Assembly: GCA_963848295.1 (NCBI GenBank)
Contig: CAWKDB010000010.1
Span: 4,608,001-4,672,000, forward strand
DNA length: 64,000 bases
Direction: 5' to 3'
From: an uncultured delta proteobacterium
GTDB lineage: Bacteria > Myxococcota_A > Polyangia > Haliangiales > Haliangiaceae
Part shown: piece after piece, positions 10,260 to 22,781 of the stretch
How the letters are laid out: every line of letters starts with the position of its first letter
How positions within the stretch are numbered: position 1 is the first letter of the stretch
Translations under genes and position numbers: made by a program
The notes under the pieces: model-generated
Seen by the model: the letters and a program-made list of their open reading frames with translations, nothing else
What the model was told of the DNA's origin: nothing
Database searches by the model: none

Positions 10260-11351
10260 TTACGCGCGCCGGGCCGCGGATATTGCATCGCGCTCCGCCC
10301 AGAACGTCGCCATCGTCGGCCACACGCGCTCGGCTGCCTTGCGCGAGACGACCGCGCCGACGTGGCCGCCGCCGAGCGCGACGAGTTGCTTGTCGCGGCT
10401 CGCGACGCCGCCGAAGGTGCGGACTTGCCCCGCGCCGGCACCGGCGCCGAATGGCGGCGCGGTTCCACCGACGAGCGGCGCCGCGCTCGCGAGCGGCACG
10501 ATGTGGTCGTCGGTGAACGCGAGCGCGAGCACCGGGCACGTGATCTGTGCGAGGTCGGCTCGTCGGCCGGCGAGCGCGAAGCCGCCGCGCACGAGCGCGT
10601 TGCCGCGATACAGCTCGTCGATGTAGCGCGCGTAGCACGCGCCCGGGAACGCCACGTTGTCGTTGCCCCAGGTCTCGGTGGCGACGAAACCCTCGAGGAA
10701 CTCGTCGTCCCATGCACGATCGAGCACCGCGACCAGCTTGGAGGCGGCCAGCGTGGGCCTGAGCGCGTGAAAGCTCGCTTGCATCAACCGCCACGGCACG
10801 TTGCCGAACGCGTCGGTCAGTGCGCGGACGTCGAACGCGGCCGTGCGCGTCCACGTCGCCATGATGCCGGCGTGATCGAAATCGATCGGCGCGGCGAGCG
10901 CGACGAACGAGGCGACGTGCTCGGGGAACGCCGCGACATACGCCGCGGCGAGCGTGCCGCCGAGGCAGTAGCCGAGCACGTGGACGGGGCCCGCCGCGTA
11001 GCGCGCCGCGACTCGCACGGCGCGACCGAGGTAACGGCCGCCGATGTCATCCCAGGTCAGGAACCGATCCTCGTCGGTCGGCGTGCCCCAGTCGATGCAG
11101 AATACCTCGTGGCCGTGCGCGACGAGCCACTCGACGAACGAGCGCCCGGGCCCGAGGTCGAGCACGTACCACCGGTTGATCAGCGACGGCACGAGCACGA
11201 TCGGCGTGCGAAAGCGCCGGACGCTCGGCGAGAACCGCAGCAGCCGCCACTTGTTCTCGGTCCACACCACGGTGTGCGGTGTCGAGCCGACCGACGCCGG
11301 GCCCTTCGTCGAACGCTTCGCGAGGGCGAGGAGTGAGCGCAACGGTTTCAA
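10260..11351 (-). CDS. phaC: Class III-like PHA synthase PhaC (copy 1)
   Basis: VGSTP, PIVLVPSLINRWYVLDL, IDWG, GYCLGG (Cys), DDHIVP (Asp), GGHVG (His). Confidence 0.75.
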   Translation of the reverse strand: MKPLRSLLALAKRSTKGPASVGSTPHTVVWTENKWRLLRFSPSVRRFRTPIVLVPSLINRWYVLDLGPGRSFVEWLVAHGHEVFCIDWGTPTDEDRFLTWDDIGGRYLGRAVRVAARYAAGPVHVLGYCLGGTLAAAYVAAFPEHVASFVALAAPIDFDHAGIMATWTRTAAFDVRALTDAFGNVPWRLMQASFHALRPTLAASKLVAVLDRAWDDEFLEGFVATETWGNDNVAFPGACYARYIDELYRGNALVRGGFALAGRRADLAQITCPVLALAFTDDHIVPLASAAPLVGGTAPPFGAGAGAGQVRTFGGVASRDKQLVALGGGHVGAVVSRKAAERVWPTMATFWAERDAISAARRA

Positions 11352-11378
11352 GTCGCGGCCTCGCCGAGCCGACGAGCA

Positions 11379-13016
11379 TCACGCATAGAGCGCCTCGAAC
11401 TGGTCGCGCAGCCGCTCGTATACGATCTTGCGCCGCAGCTTGAGTGCCGCGGTCAGCGTCCCGTCTTCGACGGTGAGCGGCGCCTCGACCACGAAGTGGC
11501 GCTTGATCGTCTCGTGGCGCGCGAGCCCGCCGTTGATCGCGTCGATCCGCGCCGCGACCTGGCGCGCACGCTCCCCTTCCGGGACGTCGGCGCGACTCCA
11601 CACCGCGGCGACGAGGTAGGGCCGCGCGTCGCCGTAGACCACGACGCGCTCGATCACCGGGTCGCCTTCGAATCGCGCTTCGATGTTGACCGGTGGGATG
11701 TTCTTCCCGCCGGCGGTGACCAGGATGTCCTTCTTGCGATCGATGATCTGCAGGAACCCATCGGTCGTCCACCGGCCGATGTCGCCGGTGCGAAACCAGC
11801 CGTCGGCCGTGAACGCCGCGGCGGTCGCCTCCGGATCTTTGAAGTAACCGCCGAACACGTTCGGGCCGCGTGCGAGGATCTCACCGTCGGAGTCGAGCCT
11901 GAGCTCGAGCGATGCTAACGGCTTGCCGACGGAATCGAACCGAAACGCATCCGGCCGATTGAGGGTCAGCGTGGGCGACGTCTCGGTCAGGCCATAGCCT
12001 TCGATGATCAAGACGCCGGCGTCGTGCAGCAACTGCTTGATCTCGAGCTTCAGGCCGGCGCCGCCCGACAGGCAGAAGCGCAGTCGACCGCCGGTGACGC
12101 GGCGCAGCGCCTCCTCGCGCGCGACGCGCGAGCTCGTGGCGGCGTTCGCGCCCGGTGGCGCGAGCATCGCGCGCGCGATCTTCTCCCAGTATGCCGGGAC
12201 CGACATGAACACCTGGGGCGCCACCCCGGGCAACACGTCGAGCACGTCCGCTGGAGTCGCGAGATACGTCTCCCAGCCGAGCACGTTGCCGCAACACAGC
12301 TCGCCAAACCCGAAGATGTGGCTCATCGGCAGCCACAAGAGATCTCGGTCGCCCTCCGCGAGCAGCGGCGCGTTGCTGCGCAACCAGTCGGCTCCGTTAC
12401 TGCCGACATTGCGGTGCGTGAGCGGAACGCCTTTCGGATCGCCCGACGTGCCGCTCGTGTAGAGCATCTGCGCGGGGTGATCGAGCTCGAGTGCTCCGAG
12501 CCGGGCGTCGACCAAGGTCGGCGCGGCAGCGTCGCGATCCGACGCCGCGCGAATCGAGTCGTTGTCGTCCGCGAGCCAGGCGCAGGTCTCGAGATCGACG
12601 ACGGTCGGCGCGCGGGGCACGCAGCGTCGCGCTTGCTCGAGACGAGAGACTTGATCGGCTCCGGCCACGAACACGTAACGGATCTCGGCATGCTCGAGGA
12701 TGTAGGCCACTTGCTCGACCGTCGACGCCGGATAGATCGGCACGAACACCGCGCCCGCGGTCTGCGCGCCGAGCGCCGCACTCGCCCATGCCACCGAGTT
12801 CGGTGCAAAGATCGCGACGCGCTCGCCCGGGTCGAGCTCGCGCTCGACGAGCCAGCGCGCGACGCCGCGGATCTGTAACGCGAATTGCCCCCACGTCACC
12901 GGCCGCCATGCGCCACCATCGCGAACCTGAAACCGGGCGCGATGGCGATGAGTCGCCAGCCGATCGAACACCGCGCGCGGCGCCGGTTGGATCGTGAGCA
13001 GCGGCGTGACGTCCAT
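11379..13016 (-). CDS. Long-chain acyl-CoA synthetase (AMP-binding, FadD15-like)
   Basis: [52 protein letters not shown]. Confidence 0.9.
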   Translation of the reverse strand: MDVTPLLTIQPAPRAVFDRLATHRHRARFQVRDGGAWRPVTWGQFALQIRGVARWLVERELDPGERVAIFAPNSVAWASAALGAQTAGAVFVPIYPASTVEQVAYILEHAEIRYVFVAGADQVSRLEQARRCVPRAPTVVDLETCAWLADDNDSIRAASDRDAAAPTLVDARLGALELDHPAQMLYTSGTSGDPKGVPLTHRNVGSNGADWLRSNAPLLAEGDRDLLWLPMSHIFGFGELCCGNVLGWETYLATPADVLDVLPGVAPQVFMSVPAYWEKIARAMLAPPGANAATSSRVAREEALRRVTGGRLRFCLSGGAGLKLEIKQLLHDAGVLIIEGYGLTETSPTLTLNRPDAFRFDSVGKPLASLELRLDSDGEILARGPNVFGGYFKDPEATAAAFTADGWFRTGDIGRWTTDGFLQIIDRKKDILVTAGGKNIPPVNIEARFEGDPVIERVVVYGDARPYLVAAVWSRADVPEGERARQVAARIDAINGGLARHETIKRHFVVEAPLTVEDGTLTAALKLRRKIVYERLRDQFEALYA

Positions 13017-13020
13017 GATG

Positions 13021-13317
13021 TTAGCTCCGCTTGCTCGTCTCGAGCCGCGCTTCGAGCTGCTCCGCCAAGTCGTAGAGCCGGCTCTCGAGCATGTTGAGCT
13101 TGTGCAGCGCGCGCTCCTGGTCGCGCCGAGTCGACAGCCCGAGCGCAGCCCACCACGCGGTCATCGCGCGATCGGTCGCCGCCTTCGTCTTCATCGCGGC
13201 GGTGAGCATCGCGCCCGCGGGGCCGAGCACCGCGGGATTGGTCATCACCTTCTCCATGTACTGCGCGGTCGCTTGTTCCCAGGCGTTGAAGCCTTGCTTC
13301 CACAGGTCCCAGATCAT
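13021..13317 (-). CDS. Small PhaE-like / granule-associated helical protein
   Basis: AGGAG SD; amphipathic helices; [23 protein letters not shown] resembles the PhaE C-terminus. Confidence 0.5.
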   Translation of the reverse strand: MIWDLWKQGFNAWEQATAQYMEKVMTNPAVLGPAGAMLTAAMKTKAATDRAMTAWWAALGLSTRRDQERALHKLNMLESRLYDLAEQLEARLETSKRS

Positions 13318-13368
13318 GTGCGTTCTCCTCGTTCTTCCTGTCGGTCGTTCTGTCATTCGTTTCGGTGG

Positions 13369-14177
13369 TCAGTCCTGGCCGAGCGCAAACCGCCTGAGCG
13401 TCGCCGCGGTCGTGAAGTCTGCGTTCGTCTCGTTCGGCTCGCTGTCCGCATGGGCGACCTCGCCGAAACACTCGAAGTAGAACCCGGTCGTGCGCTTGCC
13501 GATCGTCGTCGTGCCGGTCGAAGGCGCGCGCACGAGGTGGGTCCGGACGCGCAGCACCGGCGAGAAGTCGACATACGGCAACTCGAGCTCGCCAGCGCCC
13601 GAGACGTCGATCTCGAACTGATCACTCCCGACAAACGGCAGCCCGTCGATCGTCGCCGCCGCCAACGGCGCGGTCGTCGTGAACGTCTGGCCATCTTCGA
13701 TTGGAAACCGCAGCGCCGCGACCGGCTCGGCATACGCGACCAACGTCTTGCCGGCGCTCGGCATGGCCTCGTGCGACGCCGTGCCATCGAGCCACAGCGC
13801 ACTGGCATCTTGATGATAGATGCCGTCGATCCCGTCGCCAGCGTCGACCACGAATTGTCCGGCGGGAAAGCTCGCCGCATACCACTGGCCGGACAGCGCT
13901 ACGGGCCCGAGCGCGACGATCGTGTCGTCCGGCAACTGGGTCGACAGGTCCCAGACGTCGTCGGTCGCGACCAGGTCGACCGTTCTATTTTCACCTTGAT
14001 AATAGGACAGCGTCGCCCCGAGCGCGATCGGCAGCTCCTCGGCCGTGATCTCGCCATCGCGGTTCGGCACGCACGACGGCAACATCGGCACCGGCTGTGG
14101 TTGCGGGGTCTCGTTCGTCCCGCACCCTGAAGCGAGTACGAGCACGAGTAGCGAGACGGGTCGAGGTTGGTGAAGCA

Positions 14178-14178
<1 letters not shown>
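13369..14178 (-). CDS. Lipoprotein of unknown function (paralog of 16826..17728)
   Basis: Lipobox ASGC; CVPNRDGEI, PVLRV and ECFG motifs shared with the paralog; TGATG coupling. Confidence 0.75.
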
Positions 14179-16825
<2,647 letters not shown>

Positions 16826-16829
<4 letters not shown>

Positions 16830-17728
16830 GGGGCGAGCCTCTCGACTTCCGCGTCGTTCGAGAACTCGGTGCCGGACTCGAAGCTCTGCGACGTCACGGT
16901 CGCGACCGGTCCGAAGCATTCCGCGACCCACGCGAAGGTCTTGTTCGTCAGCAACGTCGCGACGCCTTCGGTGCGTTCGAGTGTCGTCGCGACGCGGAGC
17001 ACCGGGAACGCTCCGTACGGCGTGGTCATCGTGCCGACTTGGTCGACGCTCGAGTCGTATTCCTCGCTGTAGCCGGTGATCACGCCGTCGGCATAACCGG
17101 TGACGGTCGAAGTCGAGGTCCAGGTGTCGCCCGCTTTGAACGGGACCGCGAGGATCTTCGCCGGCGGGTCATAGGCCAGCTCGGTCTTCGTGCCGCCGCC
17201 GGTCGGCGACACGACGCCCAGCAAGGTCACGCCACTCGCGTTGACCTCGAACACGCCGAGCAGAGTCGACGAGGACGACAGCGGCGTCGCGTAGGTCGCC
17301 GCGGTGAAGTCCGCGGCCCACCACGCTCCGGTGGGCGAGGCGAGCGCGACGGTCGAGTCCGCGTCGCTCGAGAGCTGCCCGGACAAGTCCCACGTGCGCG
17401 AGCCGTCGCCGTTCGCGGTGCCCGCGGTGCTCCACGTCGCGTTCGTCGCGATCCGGAACTTCGCGCTCTGGCCGGCCGCGAGCGGGAGCTCGGAGCCGTC
17501 GATCGAGCCGTCGTGATTCGGCGTGCACACCCCAGTCGCGCCATCGCTGCCAGAGCCGTCGTTCGCGACGCCCGCGTCGAGGTCGGTCGGGCTGCACGTG
17601 TGGTCAGCGCGGCAAAACTTCGATGCACAATCGGCATCGACCGAGCAGGTCTCGCCGCCGCCGTTGCCGCAGCCCAGCATCAGTATGCTGCAATGCAGCG
17701 CAAAGATCGAAATCGGGCTGCGTGGCAT
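16826..17728 (-). CDS. Lipoprotein with Cys-rich N-terminus (paralog of 13369..14178)
   Basis: Lipobox MLGC; CSVDADCASKFC; CTPNHDGSI, PVLRV, ECFG. Confidence 0.75.
17686..17697 (-). promoter_or_regulatory. PhaR-type box within the start of the lipoprotein gene
   Basis: TGCATTGCAGCA on the minus strand fits TGCRNYGCASMA. Confidence 0.5.
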
Positions 17729-17736
17729 CGGCGGGC

Positions 17737-17826
17737 ACGCTACGACCCCGGTAACACGGCTGTCAAGTCGGTTTTTGCGCTGCAACAAAAAACGGTCTTG
17801 CAGTGCGGCAACCGGCCCCGTAAGGT
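17737..17826. promoter_or_regulatory. Divergent sigma70-like promoters with PhaR-type boxes
   Basis: Minus: TTGACA(17766-61)-N18-TAGCGT. Plus: TTGCAG(17798)-N17-TAAGGT. Boxes TGCGCTGCAACA (17776-87) and TGCAGTGCGGCA (17799-810). Confidence 0.6.
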
Positions 17827-17833
17827 GCCCGCG

Positions 17834-18433
17834 GTGGCGGTCCTGATCAAGAAGTACGGCAACCGCCGGCTCTACGACACCGGGGAGAGTCGCTACGTCA
17901 CGCTCGAGGAGCTCGCGACGAAGATCCGGAGCGGCGCGGATCTGCGCGTCGTCGATGCACAGAACGGCGAAGATCTGACGCAGGCCACGCTCACCCAGAT
18001 CGTGCTCGAGACCGGGAACGCCGCGAAATTCTTACCGGTGCAGCTGCTCACGCAGATGATCCGGCTATCCGACGATTCGCTCGCCGAGTTCTTCAGCCGC
18101 TATGTGACCGGTGCGCTCGATCTCTACTTGCAGGCGAAGCGCGGCGTGCAGACGCTCGCCTCGTACAACCCGTTGACGCAGATTCCGATGGCGGCGACCG
18201 ACGCGTTGACCCGGATGTGGATGGGCGGTCCGTTCGGAGGCGGCTATCAACAACCATACGCCGGCGGCTACGCTGCGCCGCCGCCTCCCGAGCCGATGCC
18301 GGTGGTCGCGACGCAACCATCGCCCGAGCCGGAGCGGGTGACCGAAGTCGCTGCGATGCGGCGCGAGCTCGACGAGCTCAAGCAAGCGATTCGCGAAGGC
18401 CTTCGGCCGAAACCTCGGAAGAAGAAAGCATAG
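17834..18433 (+). CDS. phaR: PHA synthesis regulator PhaR
   Basis: IKKYGNRRLYDT.ESRYVTL..VVDAQNGEDLT..TLTQIVLE signature. Confidence 0.9.
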   Translation: MAVLIKKYGNRRLYDTGESRYVTLEELATKIRSGADLRVVDAQNGEDLTQATLTQIVLETGNAAKFLPVQLLTQMIRLSDDSLAEFFSRYVTGALDLYLQAKRGVQTLASYNPLTQIPMAATDALTRMWMGGPFGGGYQQPYAGGYAAPPPPEPMPVVATQPSPEPERVTEVAAMRRELDELKQAIREGLRPKPRKKKA

Positions 18434-19679
18434 CCACCTCGGGCTTGGGTACGAGTCGCTTGCGCAGCGCGAGCACCGCGCCGGACATCCCCACAAGACC
18501 GGCGCCGACGACGATCTCGATCGTCGTTGCGAGCGAGAGCCCGGTCGCACGCGCGAGCGCCGGGACCAGGGTCGGTACGAACGCGGCGAGCAGCGCGCCA
18601 ACGTGATAGACGATGCCGATCGCGCGGGCGCGCACCGGCTCGGCGAACAAGCTCGTCGTCAACATCGGGGTCACGCCCGAATAGCCGACGCCGAGCGCGC
18701 CGCCGAGGAATGCCCCGAGCGTCGCAACGTGCGGCCACGCGCCGACGAACAGCGGCAGCGCCGGCACCATCAGCAACGCCGGCGTGACGAGCGCGGCGAT
18801 CATCCCGAACCGATTTGCGATCCAGCCCGCGGCGACCACCCCGACGAGCATGCCGACGTTGAAGTAGATGAGGCCGCTCCAGCCGATGGCCGCGGCGCCT
18901 GCGAGACACCGCCCATCCGACGTGGCGCATCCTGCTCGCTCGACCTGCATGCCGATGTACGAAGTCGTCATCCCGTAGTAGACGACAAACCCGAGCGCCA
19001 TCACGAGCGAGCCGAGCACGAGCATCGTTCGGACTTGTGGCACCGCGAGATCGCCGAGCGCACCACGCGACTTCTCTCGCGGTCTTGCGCGCGCGCCGTC
19101 GTCGGGAACGAGCATGCGGATCGGCAGCACCGCGAGCGCCGGCACCGCCGCGATCAAGAACATCGCGCGCCAGCCGTACGCGGGGACGATCCACGACGCG
19201 AGCGCGGCCGCGAGCAAGAAGCCGATCGGCCAACCTGCCTGCAGCAGCCCCGACGCGAAGCCTCGGCAGCGCGGCGGCAAGCTCTCCATCGCGAGCGCGG
19301 TGCCTGCGGTCCACTCCGCGCCCATGCCGAATCCGAACAGCGTGCGCAGCACGAGCAGCCACGCGAATGACGGCGCGAAGTAGATCGCAGCGTCGAACGC
19401 CGCGAACCACAGCAGTGACAACATCAGTGGCAGGCGCCGCCCCCAGCGATCCGCGATCCAACCAGCGATCACTCCGCCCGCGAGGCGGACGATCAACGTC
19501 AGCGTGAGCGAACCGGCGACCGCAGTCGTCGACACGCCGAACTCCTTGCTCACGCTCGTGGTGACACAGATGAAGATCGTGAAGTCGAACGCGTCGAGCA
19601 CCCAGCCGACCCACGCGGCTGCAAACGCTGCCCATTGAGCGCGCGTAGGCTCGCGCCACCATCGTGCGGTTCCATCCAT
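18378..19679 (-). CDS. MFS transporter, JEN1/NanT-like carboxylate:H+ symporter
   Basis: WVGWVLDAFDFTIF, ADRWGRR, GFGMGAEW, RGFASGLLQAGW; 3' end overlaps phaR. Confidence 0.8.
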   Translation of the reverse strand: MDGTARWWREPTRAQWAAFAAAWVGWVLDAFDFTIFICVTTSVSKEFGVSTTAVAGSLTLTLIVRLAGGVIAGWIADRWGRRLPLMLSLLWFAAFDAAIYFAPSFAWLLVLRTLFGFGMGAEWTAGTALAMESLPPRCRGFASGLLQAGWPIGFLLAAALASWIVPAYGWRAMFLIAAVPALAVLPIRMLVPDDGARARPREKSRGALGDLAVPQVRTMLVLGSLVMALGFVVYYGMTTSYIGMQVERAGCATSDGRCLAGAAAIGWSGLIYFNVGMLVGVVAAGWIANRFGMIAALVTPALLMVPALPLFVGAWPHVATLGAFLGGALGVGYSGVTPMLTTSLFAEPVRARAIGIVYHVGALLAAFVPTLVPALARATGLSLATTIEIVVGAGLVGMSGAVLALRKRLVPKPEVAMLSSSEVSAEGLRESLA

Positions 19680-19773
19680 GGGCGATCGGTATCGAAGGTG
19701 ATGATGCGACGCAATACAAAAATTGTTCACGTCACATAACATGCTAGTATAACAGGTATAATACCTAACATAA

Positions 19774-19826
19774 ATGCTGCGATGCAGCATCAACGCCTTG
19801 ACGTTCGCGATCACAGTCCTTAGGGT
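19774..19826 (+). promoter_or_regulatory. Palindromic PhaR-type operator plus sigma70 promoter of the phasin-phaC operon
   Basis: ATGCTGC-GAT-GCAGCAT (19774-90); TTGACG(19798)-N17-TAGGGT; AT-rich intergenic region. Confidence 0.65.
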
Positions 19827-19858
19827 GGCAGCACAACCGACTGACAAGGACTCTCACT

Positions 19859-20161
19859 ATGACGACTCAGAAGACCGAAACCGAAGCGAAGACCGACTCG
19901 AAGACCGCGGCGTTCGATCCGACCGCCGCGTGGGCCGCCTCCCAGCAGGCGTTCCACGAGATGATGACCGAGGCGTTCGAGCGTGCTCAGGCGCTGTCGG
20001 GCGAGTACGTCGCGCTGGAGGCGCAGATGATCGCGAAGGCGCGCGAAGCGATCGCGCACTGGGCGCAGCTCGCGCAAGACGCGATCACCTATAGCTCCCA
20101 GTTGGCGGCGCAGGCACGCAAGGTCGGCGCCGATGCGGCGCGCAAGATGGGCGTCGCCTGA
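19859..20161 (+). CDS. Phasin-like small helical protein
   Basis: AAGGA SD; 100-aa Ala-rich amphipathic protein; PhaR box upstream and phaC immediately downstream. Confidence 0.55.
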   Translation: MTTQKTETEAKTDSKTAAFDPTAAWAASQQAFHEMMTEAFERAQALSGEYVALEAQMIAKAREAIAHWAQLAQDAITYSSQLAAQARKVGADAARKMGVA

Positions 20162-21211
20162 ATGACCGAGGCGCTGCTCGGCTGGCCACGCGCGATGTCG
20201 GATGCATGGACCGACGTCGCGCTCGCGACCCTCGGCATCACGGCGCCGGCGCACGCACTGATGCCGACGCCGCGCGACGAGCTCGCGCTCCACGGCGGAT
20301 CGAAGCTCTATCACTTTCAACCGGCCGGGCCGGGCATCCCGCTGTTGCTCGTGCCGTCGCTGATCAATCGCTGGTACGTGCTCGATCTGCGAGCCGGCGC
20401 CAGCCTCGTCGAGGCGCTGGTCGGCGCCGGGTTCGACGTGTGGTGTCTCGACTGGGGCGTGCCCGAAGCCGAAGACCGCTATCTCGATTGGGAAGCGGTA
20501 CTAGAGCGGCTAGGGCGCGCGACCCGGCGGGTTCGGCGCGAGACCGGCGCGGCGCAGCTCGGTCTACTCGGCTACTGCATGGGGGGAACGCTCACCGCGA
20601 TCCACGCCGCACAGCATCCGAGCGAGCTCGCCGCGCTGGTCACGCTCGCGGCGCCGATCGACTTCGCGCGCGGTGGCATGCTGCGGGCGATGGTCGATCC
20701 GAGCTGGTTCGATCCCGCCGCGGTCGCCGATGCGGGCAACGTCGCGCCGTCGCAGATGCAAGCCGGCTTCGTCGCGTTGCGACCGACGCTGGATCTCGCC
20801 AAGCTCGTCTCGCAACCCGAGCTCGCGATCGATCCGGCGAGTCGCGCGAGCTTCGCGGCGCTCGACGCCTGGGCGAGCGATCAGATTCCGTTTCCCGGCG
20901 ACGCGTATCGCCGCTACATCCGCGATCTCTACCAACGCAACGAGCTCGTCGCCGGCAGCCATCGCGTCGGTGGCAAGCCCGTCGAGCTGTCGGCGATCGC
21001 GTGCCCGGTGCTCGCGATCACCGCGTCACGCGACGCGATCTGCCCTCCGCCAGCGGCTACCGCGTTGCTCGACCTCGTGGGCTCGACCGACACGGCGACG
21101 CTCGAGGTCGCGGGCGGTCACGTCGGTGCGGTGGTTGGCAGCCGCGCAGCGCGCGAGATGTATCCGGCGCTCGTCGCCTGGCTCGGGCCGCGGCTGTTCA
21201 CGTCGCGATGA
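20162..21211 (+). CDS. phaC: Class III-like PHA synthase PhaC (copy 2)
   Basis: PLLLVPSLINRWYVLDL, LDWG, GYCMGG, RDAICP, GGHVG. Confidence 0.75.
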   Translation: MTEALLGWPRAMSDAWTDVALATLGITAPAHALMPTPRDELALHGGSKLYHFQPAGPGIPLLLVPSLINRWYVLDLRAGASLVEALVGAGFDVWCLDWGVPEAEDRYLDWEAVLERLGRATRRVRRETGAAQLGLLGYCMGGTLTAIHAAQHPSELAALVTLAAPIDFARGGMLRAMVDPSWFDPAAVADAGNVAPSQMQAGFVALRPTLDLAKLVSQPELAIDPASRASFAALDAWASDQIPFPGDAYRRYIRDLYQRNELVAGSHRVGGKPVELSAIACPVLAITASRDAICPPPAATALLDLVGSTDTATLEVAGGHVGAVVGSRAAREMYPALVAWLGPRLFTSR

Positions 21212-21839
21212 GCTCGCGCATCGTCACGAGCTCGAACCCCGCCGCGCGCAACGCACCGACGATCGTGGGGAGCGCATCGAGCGTCCACTGTTGGCCCTCG
21301 TGAAATAGCAGCACGTCGCCGCCGTTGACTGCACTGGGTGCGCACCGCGCGGCGAGGGTGCTCGCATCCTTCTCGTGGTAGTCCTCTGGGTCGATCGACC
21401 ACAGAGCGACGACGTAGCCGGCCGCGCGCAGCGAGATCAGCGACCTCGCGTCGAGCGCACCGTACGGCGGGCGAACCCACGGTCGGCTGCCGCGACCCTC
21501 GCCGAGCACGCGTTCGGTGCGGGCGCATTGTTCGAGCAGCTGGACGCGCGACAGCTTCGTGAACCGGGTGTGATCGTAGCCGTGACCGGCGATCTGGTGG
21601 CCCCGGCGGACGTACTCGCCGACGAGCTCGGGATGAGCCTCGACGTGCCTGCCGACGACGAAGAACGTCGCTGGCGCGCCGAGCTTGTCGAGGAGGTCGA
21701 GGTACTCGTGGGTCATCGCGTCCGGGCCGTCGTCGAAGGTCAGGGCGACGCGCTTCGCGCTCGTCGGGCCGCGGCGGAGCAGGCCGGGCACGTGGTCGAA
21801 CAGCGCGTTCTTGACCAGCGAGCGCAGCGACCGAGCCAC
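21198..21839 (-). CDS. Polysaccharide deacetylase (NodB/CE4)
   Basis: ALTFDDGP, ATFFVVG, GHGYDH, RPPYG, LLFHE; start uncertain (ORF extends to 21899). Confidence 0.85.
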   Translation of the reverse strand: MARSLRSLVKNALFDHVPGLLRRGPTSAKRVALTFDDGPDAMTHEYLDLLDKLGAPATFFVVGRHVEAHPELVGEYVRRGHQIAGHGYDHTRFTKLSRVQLLEQCARTERVLGEGRGSRPWVRPPYGALDARSLISLRAAGYVVALWSIDPEDYHEKDASTLAARCAPSAVNGGDVLLFHEGQQWTLDALPTIVGALRAAGFELVTMRELIAT

Positions 21840-21904
21840 TCCCTTGCGTACCGGGTTTTCGCGATCGCGACAAGCACCGTGAACCCGCGATATCCTCACG
21901 GACG

Positions 21905-22447
21905 GTGAAGGAAGCCCTCAGCTACCTGCTCGTGTTCGCGGGCCTCGGTATGACCCTGTGGGCGTACTCCGCCACCGCGGGTCGGCTGCGTTATCTCGAG
22001 GCGCGCCCGATGATCATCCATCTGCTGCGCACGAACGGCAACCAGGCCGAGCTCATGGCGCGCGGTGGCAAGACCACGTTCCTCGAAGCGGTCGCCGCCG
22101 CGATCAAGACCGCCGCGATGATGAAGACGACCGACCTCGCGATCATCGCGAGCGCGACGAAGCCTGCCTACGACGCGTCGGTCGCGCCGATCGGGATGCA
22201 CTGGAAGGCGGTGCTCAAGCGCCTGCGCACCGGCGCGGTGCTCACGCTCGGCGGCGTCGTGACGGCGATCGCCGTCGGCGCGTTCCCGCTCCTCCATATT
22301 CTCATCGCGATCACCGTGTTCTTCTTCGCGGGCTATATCGTGATCTTCAAGCTCGACGTCGACCGCTCGTTGCTGCTCGCGCGTGCGGAGGTCCTGCCCG
22401 AGGTCGAGCTCTCGTTCGCGAACGGCCGCTACATGCTGCCGCCGTAG
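21905..22447 (+). CDS. Hypothetical membrane protein (about 3 TM)
   Basis: Hydrophobic segments; TATCCT lies 8 nt before the GTG. Confidence 0.65.
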   Translation: MKEALSYLLVFAGLGMTLWAYSATAGRLRYLEARPMIIHLLRTNGNQAELMARGGKTTFLEAVAAAIKTAAMMKTTDLAIIASATKPAYDASVAPIGMHWKAVLKRLRTGAVLTLGGVVTAIAVGAFPLLHILIAITVFFFAGYIVIFKLDVDRSLLLARAEVLPEVELSFANGRYMLPP

Positions 22448-22451
22448 ACGA

Positions 22452-22781
22452 TCAGCCGCCGGTGATGACGTTCGGCGAGCCACCACCTGGCTTCATATTG
22501 CCGACGCCGCCGCAGTGGGTGTCTTGATCGCCCTCGCGATGCGCTGCGAGGTTGTTGATCATCACGGTGCTGCTGCCCGCTTGCGCGATCCACGTGTTCG
22601 GGCCGCAGCAGGCGGCGTGCGTGCCGTTGTCGCTGACGCGGACTGCCGGCTTGCCATTGACGTTCACGTCGGGTGAGCCCTTGATCGCCGGACCCTGGAC
22701 GGAGTGCGGTGCACATCCCGGGCACCCGTGAACATCCGAAGGGCAGACAGAAATGTCTCCGAGCCGAGATTGCGGCGGCAT
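22452..22781 (-). CDS. PAAR domain protein
   Basis: QSRLGD, GSPDVNVNGKPAVRVSD, GSSTVMINNLAAHREGD, GSPNVITGG; Cys/His candidates for Zn binding. Confidence 0.85.
   Translation of the reverse strand: MPPQSRLGDISVCPSDVHGCPGCAPHSVQGPAIKGSPDVNVNGKPAVRVSDNGTHAACCGPNTWIAQAGSSTVMINNLAAHREGDQDTHCGGVGNMKPGGGSPNVITGG

Noticed and set aside
13318..13368. Repeated GAACG purine-rich leader upstream of the PhaE-like gene
   Set aside because: Too short and irregular to support an RNA element.
19754..19766. AGGTAT-A-ATACCT palindrome containing TATAAT
   Set aside because: Single occurrence, no matching -35 and no assignable regulator.
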